Shown here piece after piece: positions 20,318 through 30,531 of a stretch of 64,000 bases of DNA. Under the pieces are notes generated by a model, which saw only the letters and a program-made list of their open reading frames with translations, did not search any database and was not told the DNA's origin. Every line of letters begins with the position of its first letter. Position 1 is the stretch's first letter. The translations under genes and the position numbers were made by a program. This stretch comes from a virus. The stretch lies in the IMG/VR virus record IMGVR_UViG_3300030447_000318. One strand, 5' to 3'.

Positions 20318-21064
20318 TTATTTCACACCATATTGTTCATATAAATGTTTCTGCGGTGCAAACTCTCCATAATATTTATTCTCCGCTTTAAGCCTAGCAA
20401 CCACAGCTTCTTCAAACGAATTGCCTCTATATACGGTATATTGATGCTTGTCAATATTAATTCTAGCTTTCCAAACTCCTGATTGATTGTCGAAACTTAC
20501 ACCAATTACTCCGCTGGTATTGTTAGATTGCTTTGTCCTATTTTGTGAATTTTGAGAGTAGTTGGCGACACGCAAATTATTTCTTCTGTTATCAAATGTG
20601 TTTCTATTTATGTGATCCATACAACTTTTACCAGTCAATATCTTATGCATAGGAATCATTTTCCCGTCAGTTGTTGTTACTATTCTTCGATATGCTCTAT
20701 TACCATTTTGTATAACCCAATAATATCTTGAAACTAAATCAAAATCTTCTAAATCAAAAATAAATGTTTCGCCATTTTCAAAATATCCAACACCATATTC
20801 GTCTGATAAATCATATTTATTTTCTTTACGTTTTTTACATCGAATAGCTTTTCCCATATTTTGATTATGAACTATTGTTAGTTCCCTTCTTAAACAACCA
20901 CAAGAATTAGTTGTTCCTGCGCATAAATTTGCACTAGATACTATCGTCTCATTTCCACAATCACACTTGCACAGCCAATGAGGACGCTTATATTCTTTAT
21001 CTGTTGCCCTCTTAATAACTGTTAATCTGCCATATCTATTGCCCGTTAAATCAAGTAATTTCAT
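20318..21064 (-). CDS. HNH homing endonuclease with AP2-like DNA-binding domain
   Basis: Zn-knuckle CKCDCGN, HNH motif MDHINRNTFDNRRNNLRVA and an AP2-like segment GVSFDNQSGVWKARI...YRGNSFEEA. Confidence 0.6.
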   Translation of the reverse strand: MKLLDLTGNRYGRLTVIKRATDKEYKRPHWLCKCDCGNETIVSSANLCAGTTNSCGCLRRELTIVHNQNMGKAIRCKKRKENKYDLSDEYGVGYFENGETFIFDLEDFDLVSRYYWVIQNGNRAYRRIVTTTDGKMIPMHKILTGKSCMDHINRNTFDNRRNNLRVANYSQNSQNRTKQSNNTSGVIGVSFDNQSGVWKARINIDKHQYTVYRGNSFEEAVVARLKAENKYYGEFAPQKHLYEQYGVK

Positions 21065-21066
21065 AA

Positions 21067-22626
21067 TTATTTTATCTCTCCATGCTTAAATCTCGCTTGC
21101 GCAACTTCCCTAAAGATACAATGGTCGCCGTCGTAACGTAATAGATATCCAATTCCATTATCGCTTGAATTAGCACCACTACGACATTTCTCTATAAATA
21201 TTGCTCTCCAAACCGCATTCGGATCTGGTTTATATTCCTCTTCTATCCATTTATCATTAACCCTTTTAAGTCTAAATGGACGACAATAATATTTACTCTT
21301 CTCATCTAATTCTTCTGCATATACAGTCCTCATTAAGAATAAATTCTCTAATATCTCTTTGATCTGCTTAGAATTGCTCAATGCTGAAGCGTCTAAGAAT
21401 AACTTACCCTTCATGTATTCAGCTAACTGAACGGAGGCAAGCATTATAAGATTATATTTTTTTGCAAGTTTATCTAACTCACGACTATCTCTTACAAGTG
21501 CCATATCTTGTCTTGTTGTTGAAAAGTCACCTTCTTGGATTTTAAATGTGTCATATAATACCGTGTCATATCCATATCTTAAAACATTCTCACGAATTTT
21601 TTTCTTAATAACTCTCATATCAGCATCATTAATAGAAATAAATTTGACTCTTCCTTTATAATTATCTCTCCAAAATTTCTGAACATCAGATAATTGTTCT
21701 CTACTCTCAGTATTGATATCACCAGCAGCCATTTTTTTCTTAGTAAGTTTAAAATATCTATTACGCTTACCCAATAACCAAACCATGAATTTAATCTTAA
21801 ATTTCTTTATGCTCTCTTCATTGGATATAATAAGAATCTTTCTGTCATAATGCAGAAGTGCCATAAGAACTGTAATCCACCATGTAGATTTACCCGCACT
21901 AGAGAAACCACCCATCATAGTAAGTGTCCCTTCAAGTAACCCCATTATCTGTCGTGATAGAAAAGGAAAACAATTCATTTCCTCCCCATTTTTATCATAT
22001 CCTGCTATATCAAATGGAACACCATTCTCTTCACCATCTTTACAAGATTCAATAAATTCATCATCAAAATCTATTTCTTCCTCTTCAAGAATCTTGCTAC
22101 TATATCCTGTACCATAACTGGATATACGAGCTTCATACCAATCTGTGACTTCTTCAGCAGTCATTTTTCTAAATAGTTTTAATGGGATTACCTTTTTATC
22201 TCCTACAGTTATTTCTTGCAGAAGATTAAAACCATCTTTATACATGTTCATCATAATATTCTCTCTGTAAAGAATATCTATGTATGTGTCAAAATTCTGA
22301 GTATTGATAATATCAATTTGGTGCTGAATTGCTTCCCAACCACCTTTATCCTCAAATTTTTCAATAACTTCTTGATTCGTATTAGACAGAATGGTAATTT
22401 CATCAAGAGAGTAAAAGCCTTTCTTTCGTAAATTTTTCAATAACGAAAAATAAAAAAGACCATCTGCTGTAACAAAATCTTTCTGCTCAAATGTTGTATC
22501 ATCAAGTAGAAGCATATCTTTGAAAAAACAACTAATGACATTACCCTCTATTTCAATCCTACCTTTTAATAATTGAGCAGGATACTTTTCTTTCACGCCT
22601 GTAATAAATTCACTTATGTCAATCAC
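21067..22626 (-). CDS. dnaB: DnaB-family replicative DNA helicase
   Basis: Walker A GGFSSAGKSTW, a Walker B region and an N-terminal helical DnaB-like domain. Size 519 aa. Confidence 0.7.
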   Translation of the reverse strand: MIDISEFITGVKEKYPAQLLKGRIEIEGNVISCFFKDMLLLDDTTFEQKDFVTADGLFYFSLLKNLRKKGFYSLDEITILSNTNQEVIEKFEDKGGWEAIQHQIDIINTQNFDTYIDILYRENIMMNMYKDGFNLLQEITVGDKKVIPLKLFRKMTAEEVTDWYEARISSYGTGYSSKILEEEEIDFDDEFIESCKDGEENGVPFDIAGYDKNGEEMNCFPFLSRQIMGLLEGTLTMMGGFSSAGKSTWWITVLMALLHYDRKILIISNEESIKKFKIKFMVWLLGKRNRYFKLTKKKMAAGDINTESREQLSDVQKFWRDNYKGRVKFISINDADMRVIKKKIRENVLRYGYDTVLYDTFKIQEGDFSTTRQDMALVRDSRELDKLAKKYNLIMLASVQLAEYMKGKLFLDASALSNSKQIKEILENLFLMRTVYAEELDEKSKYYCRPFRLKRVNDKWIEEEYKPDPNAVWRAIFIEKCRSGANSSDNGIGYLLRYDGDHCIFREVAQARFKHGEIK

Positions 22627-23098
22627 CTACACTTTCTTCAATTTCAGATAAACTTCTACGTTTATTTCTTCTCTTATAATTCATAGTTGACATATCTACA
22701 CCCACCTCTTTAGGCTTTTTAGGTTCTTTCATTTTAAAATCAGCAATATTATTTTTTAGTATTGCACCGAAGTATCGAATCTTTGCATATTCACTTACAA
22801 AATCTTTTTCAAGAACCTTTGCTATATACTCTTTATTCTCTGTTAGATATGCCAAAATATGTTCATAAGAATACACATCTAATAAAAGATTTATCTCTTT
22901 GAACAAAGCGGAATTCAAAACTTTATATCCAAATATCTGATTAATGCACTCATATGTATTATCTTTTACTTCTCTCTCGTGCAATACTTTTTGATATTCA
23001 GCTTCGTTGCAATAGTAGGTGTTTTTACCACCTACTACTACCTTGAATGCTTCATTTCTATCTACCTTAGTACCGCACAGCCTGCATTTTACTAGCAT
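22619..23098 (-). CDS. zinc-finger hypothetical protein
   Basis: N-terminal CRLCGT...YYCNEAEY motif. Overlaps the helicase gene by 8 nt. Confidence 0.45.
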   Translation of the reverse strand: MLVKCRLCGTKVDRNEAFKVVVGGKNTYYCNEAEYQKVLHEREVKDNTYECINQIFGYKVLNSALFKEINLLLDVYSYEHILAYLTENKEYIAKVLEKDFVSEYAKIRYFGAILKNNIADFKMKEPKKPKEVGVDMSTMNYKRRNKRRSLSEIEESVGD

Positions 23099-23111
23099 GT
23101 GCTATACCTCA

Positions 23112-24257
23112 CTAATTCATCATATCGTAGATTCTTTTTAATCCATCCTCATCAACATCATTGAGTTTACCATACTCAGCAATTACATTCTTGACTGATG
23201 CCTTGAGTTCTGCATCATTGCATTCCTTATACATCTTACGAATAACAGCATCTAAATCGTCTGGATATGTAGGTATTTCAACCACTTCCTCTGTTGTCTC
23301 TTCGATTGGTGTATCAATGTCGTCAATATCATCCTCAATTAGATCTGGCTCTACTGGCTTTTCTTTCTTAATTGGGACTGTCTTCTTAGGAGTATTCCCA
23401 GCCTTCTTCTTAGAATTCTTAATAGCATCCTTTAATGCTCTAAGAAGTTCATCAGCATCAAGTGGAATCTCTGGCTCGATTGCTGCTAAACGAGACTTAC
23501 TATCAATGCTGTAGTTATCATCTCTAAATACAATTTTTCTTTTCTCTTCCTTAACCTTACTAACAGTAACATCTTTCTTTGTAACAATATTCTTTCTACC
23601 AGTTGACTCAATATCAATAGTTCTGTCGATACAAGCAATACCGATTACATGGAATTTTGTCTTAAATCCCTCGAAAATTCTCTGAGAAATATCTGTTGAG
23701 AGAACTGAATACTCTTCCTGTGTAAGTGGATCTACTTTATTTCTCATCTTAACATGTCCAGTAAACCATGTATTTACACCAACCTTCTTGAGCTCCCATA
23801 CTCTATTAAGTGCTAACTCAACAAGCTTATCATCAGCCTTACCAAAACCAGACCACGCAGCATTCATGGTTTTGGCTGGCTCAAAATTCTTTTTACCCAT
23901 ATTCTCTGTATTCCAAAGCTTAATGACATATGGTGTCATAATCTCTACAAACTGATCGAGAGTATCAATAACAATAACTTTTAAATCTGGATAATCAGCG
24001 TCTTTGTTTTTAATAATATCCTTAGTTACGTCATCAAATTTCTTCCAATCTTCGCAAGTCTCATATGAATAACCTTCAAGAGCTTCCATACCTTGTTCTT
24101 TACCCATATCAAGAATCATGTAACCGTCAGCACCAAACTCTTTTTCACAAGCCTCGGCAATTGTTGATGTTTTACCAATACCTGCCTCTCCAAGTAAACA
24201 AATTGTAAAATCATTTAACTTCTCACTAATCGAACTTCTTTTTCCGTATTTTGCCAT
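23112..24257 (-). CDS. phage AAA_24/Sak4-like ATPase
   Basis: Walker A GEAGIGKTS near the N-terminus and Walker B IVIDTLD. Long acidic C-terminal extension. Confidence 0.6.
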   Translation of the reverse strand: MAKYGKRSSISEKLNDFTICLLGEAGIGKTSTIAEACEKEFGADGYMILDMGKEQGMEALEGYSYETCEDWKKFDDVTKDIIKNKDADYPDLKVIVIDTLDQFVEIMTPYVIKLWNTENMGKKNFEPAKTMNAAWSGFGKADDKLVELALNRVWELKKVGVNTWFTGHVKMRNKVDPLTQEEYSVLSTDISQRIFEGFKTKFHVIGIACIDRTIDIESTGRKNIVTKKDVTVSKVKEEKRKIVFRDDNYSIDSKSRLAAIEPEIPLDADELLRALKDAIKNSKKKAGNTPKKTVPIKKEKPVEPDLIEDDIDDIDTPIEETTEEVVEIPTYPDDLDAVIRKMYKECNDAELKASVKNVIAEYGKLNDVDEDGLKRIYDMMN

Positions 24258-24315
24258 TTATAATTCCTCCATATTATTATTTAATTTTGAGAGAGGGCAA
24301 ATGCCCTCATCTCTT

Positions 24316-25527
24316 TTAAAGCTCGTCATCATCATCTTCAAATAAATCTTCTGTACCATCTGGAAGTTCCTCTTCGAGTGGGTTGATAATCATGTCATCT
24401 GCTGAATACACCGTATCAACACGCCCACGAGTAAATCCTCTTGCTGGTTTCAAGAACTGATACTCTCTAATTCTTTCACCATATACACTTTCACCAAGCT
24501 CTGCACGAATATCATCCATAGTAATTAATCCGCACTCTAAATCATCTCTCTGTTCGTCAGTGAGCATGTCCTCTGTAATCTCTGTTTTCTGTGCCCCATT
24601 CAACATATTAACAACAGCCCCATATTCCTTGAATGTGTCATCATCAACCATAAATTTATGCTTAATTGATTCTACTCTCTTCTTGGCTTTTTCATCTGTA
24701 TCATCTGAAGGAATTGGAATTGTAATTGTAACTGGTACAGGAATATTCTCCTTACGATTATTGTCATACTCCATCATGTAACCATTTACATAATTTTTCC
24801 CCTTCTCCTCAACACTCATATCATCTAAGCTCTCAGAATTAAATAAAATATTGATTGTTGCTGTAGATGACTCTTCTGAATCATCTGCCGCAAGATAAAT
24901 ACGATTAGGTACATAAGACTCATATACTCTCTCATTTTTATCTGAATACTGATATTCTCCATTTCCACGAATAAAGAATTTCTTATCCTTGTACTTGTCG
25001 CTATTGATAACCTTCTTGATCATATCAATAAAATCCCACTCAGAAATAAACTCGTGTCTTCTCTTATTACTCTTATCAAGTTCTGAATTTACATCAGCTT
25101 CATTCTCAACACCAATCTCTTTTAACTCTTCATCTGTAAGACTTGTACCTTCCTTAACCTTTTCAGCAGCTTTCTCAAGCTTATATCTACGACCAGGTTT
25201 CTCAAGGTCAACAATAAACTTCTTAAATTCTGCAATCTCTGCTAACTTTGGTGAAGTAAGTCTCTCCTTGAACGGAATCTTAATTGATTCACCCTTAACC
25301 TTGTTGCCATTTTCGTCTACACTACCCTTAGTGAAGCTGTAGATGTCACCATGACAATCCTTAAAAGCACCTGCTGTTACCGTGAGTATATGTCTGTTAT
25401 CACCACAAGCAACATTAAACATTAACTGCTTGCGAGTCCAACCTGAGTCATAAGTTTTCTCAGTATCAGGATGAAACTTCTCTGTCTCCTTTGGAATACT
25501 TAACTTTCCTGTCATTTCAAAATTCAT
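24316..25527 (-). CDS. putative single-strand DNA-binding / annealing protein with acidic C-terminal tail
   Basis: Position next to the AAA_24 ATPase and an acidic tail ending EDDDDEL (gp2.5-like arrangement). No strong motif. Confidence 0.35.
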   Translation of the reverse strand: MNFEMTGKLSIPKETEKFHPDTEKTYDSGWTRKQLMFNVACGDNRHILTVTAGAFKDCHGDIYSFTKGSVDENGNKVKGESIKIPFKERLTSPKLAEIAEFKKFIVDLEKPGRRYKLEKAAEKVKEGTSLTDEELKEIGVENEADVNSELDKSNKRRHEFISEWDFIDMIKKVINSDKYKDKKFFIRGNGEYQYSDKNERVYESYVPNRIYLAADDSEESSTATINILFNSESLDDMSVEEKGKNYVNGYMMEYDNNRKENIPVPVTITIPIPSDDTDEKAKKRVESIKHKFMVDDDTFKEYGAVVNMLNGAQKTEITEDMLTDEQRDDLECGLITMDDIRAELGESVYGERIREYQFLKPARGFTRGRVDTVYSADDMIINPLEEELPDGTEDLFEDDDDEL

Positions 25528-25742
25528 TAAATGAATCCTCCTTATATGTAATAATATTTTTTATAACTTATATATAAACGCCCAACTTGGACGGAACACA
25601 GAAAATAAATTTATATAAAACATCTATCTTCAACAGTGATTTTTGGGTATACAAACCCAAGGGTATGCTGTTCTTCCACCCATATTTATATTCTCTATTC
25701 AGCTTTGATTTCATTGGAATTTTCGACTCGAACAAGTCAAGA

Positions 25743-26081
25743 TTAATTGTTTAAGAAATTTCTAATATCATTCATCATCTGTTCTGATTCATTGATTAGA
25801 TATCTATAAGTATCTTCACCATCATAATATTCAAAATATGGTATTGGTTGTTCATTCTTATCATACATCCAACCTAATTCTGAATATGCATCAAAATATA
25901 CAGATACATATTTTCCATTATAGCTAATTACAAAACGGATAATTGCGCCCGCAAATGGTGGAACAATCAGTACATCCCATTCTTTATCAAAGTGAAAAGC
26001 AGGAAGTTTTCTCGCCCAACCTCTGTAATCACATATCTGCTCTATTTGAGCCAACATTAGCGACTTATTTACTTGTTTCAT
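25743..26081 (-). CDS. hypothetical protein
   Basis: 112-aa ORF. Confidence 0.45.
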   Translation of the reverse strand: MKQVNKSLMLAQIEQICDYRGWARKLPAFHFDKEWDVLIVPPFAGAIIRFVISYNGKYVSVYFDAYSELGWMYDKNEQPIPYFEYYDGEDTYRYLINESEQMMNDIRNFLNN

Positions 26082-26103
26082 AATGTCATTTTCCCCTCCA
26101 GTT

Positions 26104-26529
26104 TTATATTCTCTTTACTTTAACAAACCTGTATGGTTGATGAGTATTTGGATACGTCTTTTTATTTACTTTACTAGCAAACATATCATATGGTCTAATC
26201 CACACTTCTCGATCTTTTAAACTCTTATATACAACCATGTCCTCTTCTGTTTCTGTATTAGTTCCAATAGCAACAATCGTATACAAACCACCTTTAAAAT
26301 GCTTAACTACATCTCCTGGCTGAAAATTTCTATCATATGCGAAGAAATCATTAACTCCGTTTAATTCTACATGTCCTAAAAGTTCAACTTTCATGTTTTC
26401 ATCGGACTTACAATTTGGATTTCCAGTTATACTTTCTATACCTTCTTCATTGTCATAAATATCGCTTAATCTAATACTCTCTTTGTTTCGCAACCTACTT
26501 ATTAACTCTTTATCTTTTGACATTATCAT
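26104..26529 (-). CDS. DUF1653-like protein
   Basis: Motif VKHFKGGLYTIV...VVYKS, characteristic of DUF1653. Confidence 0.45.
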   Translation of the reverse strand: MIMSKDKELISRLRNKESIRLSDIYDNEEGIESITGNPNCKSDENMKVELLGHVELNGVNDFFAYDRNFQPGDVVKHFKGGLYTIVAIGTNTETEEDMVVYKSLKDREVWIRPYDMFASKVNKKTYPNTHQPYRFVKVKRI

Positions 26530-26571
26530 TTTTCCTCCTGTGTTTATTTAACATAAATAAACTTTTATAAA

Positions 26572-27000
26572 TTATTTGTCAAAGTCTTTAATATCATTAC
26601 TTTTAATTTCTACTATATGTATTCTCTGTTTAATATTGTCGTTATTATTAATTCCCAGTCCATCACAATTAAGTATAGGTTGAACATATCGTAATATAGA
26701 TTCATTAATTATTTTTCTATCAATTTCACTTTCAATTATTACACCGTTAAACCTAAGTCCTCTTATAGGAATAAAATCATTCGCACACCAAACCTGAATC
26801 ATACTTCCATTGTTCCAGCAAATATCTGCATAATATTGATATTGTCTAACTTGTATATCATTTAGAATATATGATAAATTTGCAATACACTGCATGACGA
26901 TACGTCCTTGTTTTGGACTTTTTACAAATATACCACACCTATATATATTTAATTCTTTGCACAAATGTATTTGTTCTTTAAGAGCCTGTACTAAATTCAT
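26572..27000 (-). CDS. hypothetical protein
   Basis: 142-aa ORF. Confidence 0.45.
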   Translation of the reverse strand: MNLVQALKEQIHLCKELNIYRCGIFVKSPKQGRIVMQCIANLSYILNDIQVRQYQYYADICWNNGSMIQVWCANDFIPIRGLRFNGVIIESEIDRKIINESILRYVQPILNCDGLGINNNDNIKQRIHIVEIKSNDIKDFDK

Positions 27001-27193
27001 TAACTTACTCCTATTCCTTTATATAATAAGACATTCTGATACTCCAACGGCTAAAGCACGTTGGGTTCTTATATACATTCACTTCCAAATATACTCGAAA
27101 GCATATAAGACTAATGAATTTCTATAAGACTTTCACTACCAATCATTCCTTTGAATGAATTAACGATAGTATAAGGCTCGTGTCAAAACCTAT

Positions 27194-27559
27194 TTATATA
27201 TTCTCTGTTTCAGATTCTTCTAAAACTGCAATACTTAAAGTTCCTGTATCGCAATTTCTACCCATTCTTGTCTTAAATCCAAGTTCATTCAATTCTTTAT
27301 CTAATTCATATAAGTCGTTTTCATCCGCACTGTAAATCTTACTACCTTTACAAATCTCGACAGCTCTTACATATTTTTTATCTTGTTGAGTTGAACTAAC
27401 ATATAACCATTGGTCTGTACCTACTTTAGATATTTTATTTCGTGGAACTACTGTGAATGGTTTAAGAACTTCTTCGATTTCATCTTTATGTTCTATGTAA
27501 TTATCTACTGGATCTCGTATCAAATTAAGACACACTCTACGACCTCTTTTATATTCCAT
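27194..27559 (-). CDS. hypothetical protein (probable start MEYKRGRR)
   Basis: The longest-ORF start would overlap the upstream membrane gene. The internal ATG avoids that. Confidence 0.4.
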   Translation of the reverse strand: MEYKRGRRVCLNLIRDPVDNYIEHKDEIEEVLKPFTVVPRNKISKVGTDQWLYVSSTQQDKKYVRAVEICKGSKIYSADENDLYELDKELNELGFKTRMGRNCDTGTLSIAVLEESETENI

Positions 27560-27606
27560 AATAATATTCTCCAATCTGCACCAAGAAATGTCAGTCTCCT
27601 TCGACT

Positions 27607-27828
27607 CTATTTCTTCACTGTTACATTGAAAACTGACCTTAAAATACAGATAATCAACCAAATACCAGTTGCAATAGACCACTTAAATGTTAATCCAAAA
27701 CACATTGTAATAAGCTTAATAATTCCACATGTAACAATCCAACTAAGTCCATAACAACATGCTAGAATAAAGATAGCTACAATTGCTATTACCCCTCCTC
27801 TTGTTAAATTTTCTTTTAAATTATTCAT
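27607..27828 (-). CDS. small membrane protein (2 TM)
   Basis: 73 aa and highly hydrophobic. Confidence 0.45.
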   Translation of the reverse strand: MNNLKENLTRGGVIAIVAIFILACCYGLSWIVTCGIIKLITMCFGLTFKWSIATGIWLIICILRSVFNVTVKK

Positions 27829-28230
27829 TTAATTATTCTCCTGTTCAATTTTAATTTTTTGTATATCAACAATGTTATAAGCATGTGGAGTTTCACCAAT
27901 TTCTTTTATGTAATCTTCTACAAGTTGCAAAAACTTTTCATTGTATTTTTTATAAATTGGTATTCTATAAGCATAATTGCCAAAAGTAGAAGAAATATCC
28001 CTTCCAGCTAACATTACAGCATCTTCTTCATCTATATATTGTTCCATCTTCATAAGAACATTTCTAAAATCAAAACCACAAAAACCCACATCTTGGCATT
28101 TCCCAATATAAATTACATCTTCAGAAACTACTTCATACATCGCTTTTGCATCTTCTATGCATTCTTCGATAGTATCTCTTGTCTCATTATTCCATCCTTT
28201 TTCCCTTACATCTGTCGTCCATGTATACAT
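27829..28230 (-). CDS. hypothetical protein
   Basis: 133-aa ORF. Confidence 0.45.
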   Translation of the reverse strand: MYTWTTDVREKGWNNETRDTIEECIEDAKAMYEVVSEDVIYIGKCQDVGFCGFDFRNVLMKMEQYIDEEDAVMLAGRDISSTFGNYAYRIPIYKKYNEKFLQLVEDYIKEIGETPHAYNIVDIQKIKIEQENN

Positions 28231-28278
28231 CTAATCTCTCCTTTAAATTCCAAATGAAAACCAAGTTTCATCGTCTTG

Positions 28279-28665
28279 CTACATACTTCTATATCTCTTT
28301 AACATCTTGGCATAAACTTCGTCCTTAGAAGCATAATATTCGTCATCCAATATCTTCTGAATTTCCTGTTTACGCTTGTTCATTTCTTTCTTTAACTTTT
28401 CTTTTTCTTTGCGTTGTTCAATTCGTTTTTCGAATGCTGAAATATCAATTTTACCTATAACTTCTGCTGTGATATTCTTTTTGCATCTTTCGGCTGCTTC
28501 TTCTACCCTAATAATCTCAGAAATCTTTTCTGGAATAGAACTACCACTCAATATAACATAATCTCCAACATTATAGTCATTACCATCTTCATAGATCGCA
28601 AAATGATATGAATTGCAACCATACTTAATAACAGCTACCTTTTTAAAACCTTCTAATTTTGCCAT
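28279..28665 (-). CDS. hypothetical protein (coiled-coil C-terminus)
   Basis: 128 aa with a K/E-rich helical C-terminus. Confidence 0.45.
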   Translation of the reverse strand: MAKLEGFKKVAVIKYGCNSYHFAIYEDGNDYNVGDYVILSGSSIPEKISEIIRVEEAAERCKKNITAEVIGKIDISAFEKRIEQRKEKEKLKKEMNKRKQEIQKILDDEYYASKDEVYAKMLKRYRSM

Positions 28666-28676
28666 AATAATCCTCC

Positions 28677-29126
28677 TTATTCTGCATCAACAACTAAATT
28701 TCCATCACCGTCTACAAAAATATTTGCTTTTGACAACTTCGTAGACACTGAACCATTATTTGTTTCAATAATAATTTCTCTATCTGGATATATATTTCCA
28801 ATTTCTGTCAACATATTTTCCACCATATCCATTGAAGACATTTTACCTTTGCTAACAACCCAATTTGTAAACTCCTTAAAATCTTTTTCGGTCATAACAA
28901 TATCAGAGTAATAAAAATCTTTATTTGCAATAATCGCCCAAATTTTCTGAAGCTTTTTAATAAATGAGCTACCTTGTTCTCTATAGAAGTTGCCATTAGT
29001 AAAAGTGATAAAAGCACGATCTGTTTCGTCTTCTTCTTTATTAATTTTTATATGTATACCATCATTACAACCACACTTGCAACTTACAATTAATTCATCG
29101 TTTTTAAAATTTTTTAATACTGCCAT
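28677..29126 (-). CDS. hypothetical protein
   Basis: 149-aa ORF. Confidence 0.45.
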   Translation of the reverse strand: MAVLKNFKNDELIVSCKCGCNDGIHIKINKEEDETDRAFITFTNGNFYREQGSSFIKKLQKIWAIIANKDFYYSDIVMTEKDFKEFTNWVVSKGKMSSMDMVENMLTEIGNIYPDREIIIETNNGSVSTKLSKANIFVDGDGNLVVDAE

Positions 29127-29152
29127 TTTAATTTCTCCTTTATATACATTAT

Positions 29153-29386
29153 TTATTGCATTACTTTAAATAACGTTTTAGCGCTTTCAACAATTATTCC
29201 AACAAATGTAACACTTAATCCAATAAGCATTCCATATATAATGGAACTGCCGATAATATGCTTTATATCAAATAATTTTAGACACATATTTCTCAATTCT
29301 TTAAATCCAAAAAGAACCAACAAATATCCTACTACGCCGACTACAAAACCAATCAAACCAGCTTTACATGCCATAATTCCAAACAT
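29153..29386 (-). CDS. small membrane protein
   Basis: 77 aa with two hydrophobic helices. Confidence 0.45.
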   Translation of the reverse strand: MFGIMACKAGLIGFVVGVVGYLLVLFGFKELRNMCLKLFDIKHIIGSSIIYGMLIGLSVTFVGIIVESAKTLFKVMQ

Positions 29387-30057
29387 TAGTTTTCACCGCC
29401 TAATAGTTCCAAAGCTACTTTATAATATTTGGTTCTCCCTTTATATTCAGAAGAACTAACTTTGCTTAACTCAAGTTTTATCTTACCAATGGTATATTGA
29501 TGAGTGATAGCATCTTCCATAACCTGAATGAATCTTATACACTGCTTTAATTTCTTATGCTTGTCTCTTATGTCATCGAGCAGGTAGCCGACTTTTGCCA
29601 TTCTATGAGCTTGTGGCTTTTTACCACCTCTATTTTCTCTGTAAGTTTGTAATGCGTGCTCAATGTCAGATTCAGCACTATCACATCTACTTAGTTCTGC
29701 TATAAGCAGATTCTTATATGTATTAAGCTGTTCCATATCCCAGCCTGCTAATCCTAGAAGATTATTTGTTTCGTTTATTATCTTATCAAGCATTGAATAA
29801 TCAAAATTACTTTCATCCATATAAACTCCATCATTACCCTTATAGTAAAGAGATAATTCTGATTCTTCGTTTTTATCTACATCAACAAGCTGATAGTTTC
29901 TTAGCCATGACAACCTTTTACCGCCTCTCTGGACTAATGACCTTGCTTGTTTATATGTAAATTGTTTTGCTTTTAATGGCGAAGTGGTTGCTAAATACTC
30001 ACCTATCTTCATAGGATTTTCCATTACATAATTTTTACCATTAGTTAAAATAAACAC
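29386..30057 (-). CDS. hypothetical protein
   Basis: 223-aa ORF. Confidence 0.45.
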   Translation of the reverse strand: MFILTNGKNYVMENPMKIGEYLATTSPLKAKQFTYKQARSLVQRGGKRLSWLRNYQLVDVDKNEESELSLYYKGNDGVYMDESNFDYSMLDKIINETNNLLGLAGWDMEQLNTYKNLLIAELSRCDSAESDIEHALQTYRENRGGKKPQAHRMAKVGYLLDDIRDKHKKLKQCIRFIQVMEDAITHQYTIGKIKLELSKVSSSEYKGRTKYYKVALELLGGEN

Positions 30058-30087
30058 TTTCTTATTCTCCTTTCTTACTGTAAATAA

Positions 30088-30160
30088 CAGGGCTAATCGG
30101 ATTCGAACCGATGAATGCAGAGATCAAAACCCTGTGCCTTACCACTTGGCGATAGCCCTA
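30088..30160 (-). tRNA. tRNA-Gln (anticodon UUG)
   Basis: Minus-strand sequence AGGGCTATCGCCAAGTGGTAAGGCACAGGGTTTTGATCTCTGCATTCATCGGTTCGAATCCGATTAGCCCTG folds as a cloverleaf. It has a 7-bp acceptor stem, U8, A14, GG in the D-loop, anticodon loop TTTTGAT (anticodon TTG) and a GGTTCGAATCC T-arm. No encoded CCA. Confidence 0.8.
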
Positions 30161-30195
30161 TATTTTGTGACAAGATTAACTCATCACAATTATTT

Positions 30196-30513
30196 TCACT
30201 TTTTGTTGCCTAATTTAATAAATCTTTCGACTAAATTAAAAGATATTGTTGCTAGAGCTGCTATAATAATACCTGGAATAGAACTAAAAAAATGAACTAA
30301 CTTTAGACAAATTCCAAATATATTCTTTTCAGTAAAATCAAGATATCTCTCAAAGATATTTCCAAAAATAACATATAAACAAAATTCGATTATTGTTGAT
30401 TCGCTATATCTATTATATGATTCACTCATCATCATCCCTAAAACTAAGAATTCCATCAAATTTACAAACATTAAATATATAACTAAAACAATTTCTAAAA
30501 AACCTATCAACAT
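30196..30513 (-). CDS. membrane protein (3 TM)
   Basis: 105 aa and hydrophobic. Confidence 0.4.
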   Translation of the reverse strand: MLIGFLEIVLVIYLMFVNLMEFLVLGMMMSESYNRYSESTIIEFCLYVIFGNIFERYLDFTEKNIFGICLKLVHFFSSIPGIIIAALATISFNLVERFIKLGNKK

Positions 30514-30531
30514 TCATATCACATCCAATCT

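Noticed and set aside
23161-25342. Plus-strand ORFs (23161..23514, 24560..24781, 24989..25342) with Ser/Leu-rich translations
   Set aside because: They lie entirely within minus-strand genes (AAA ATPase, SSB-like) and have low-complexity translations. They are antisense shadow ORFs. The same applies to most other plus-strand ORFs in the track outside 36.9-40.3 kb.
26598-26612. A 14-nt match (taatttctactata) to the Cas12a-type repeat, inside CDS 26572..27000
   Set aside because: The match diverges before the GTAGAT arm, so there is no hairpin. It lies in a coding frame with no promoter or terminator. It is probably a chance match in AT-rich DNA, though it could be checked as a pseudo-protospacer.
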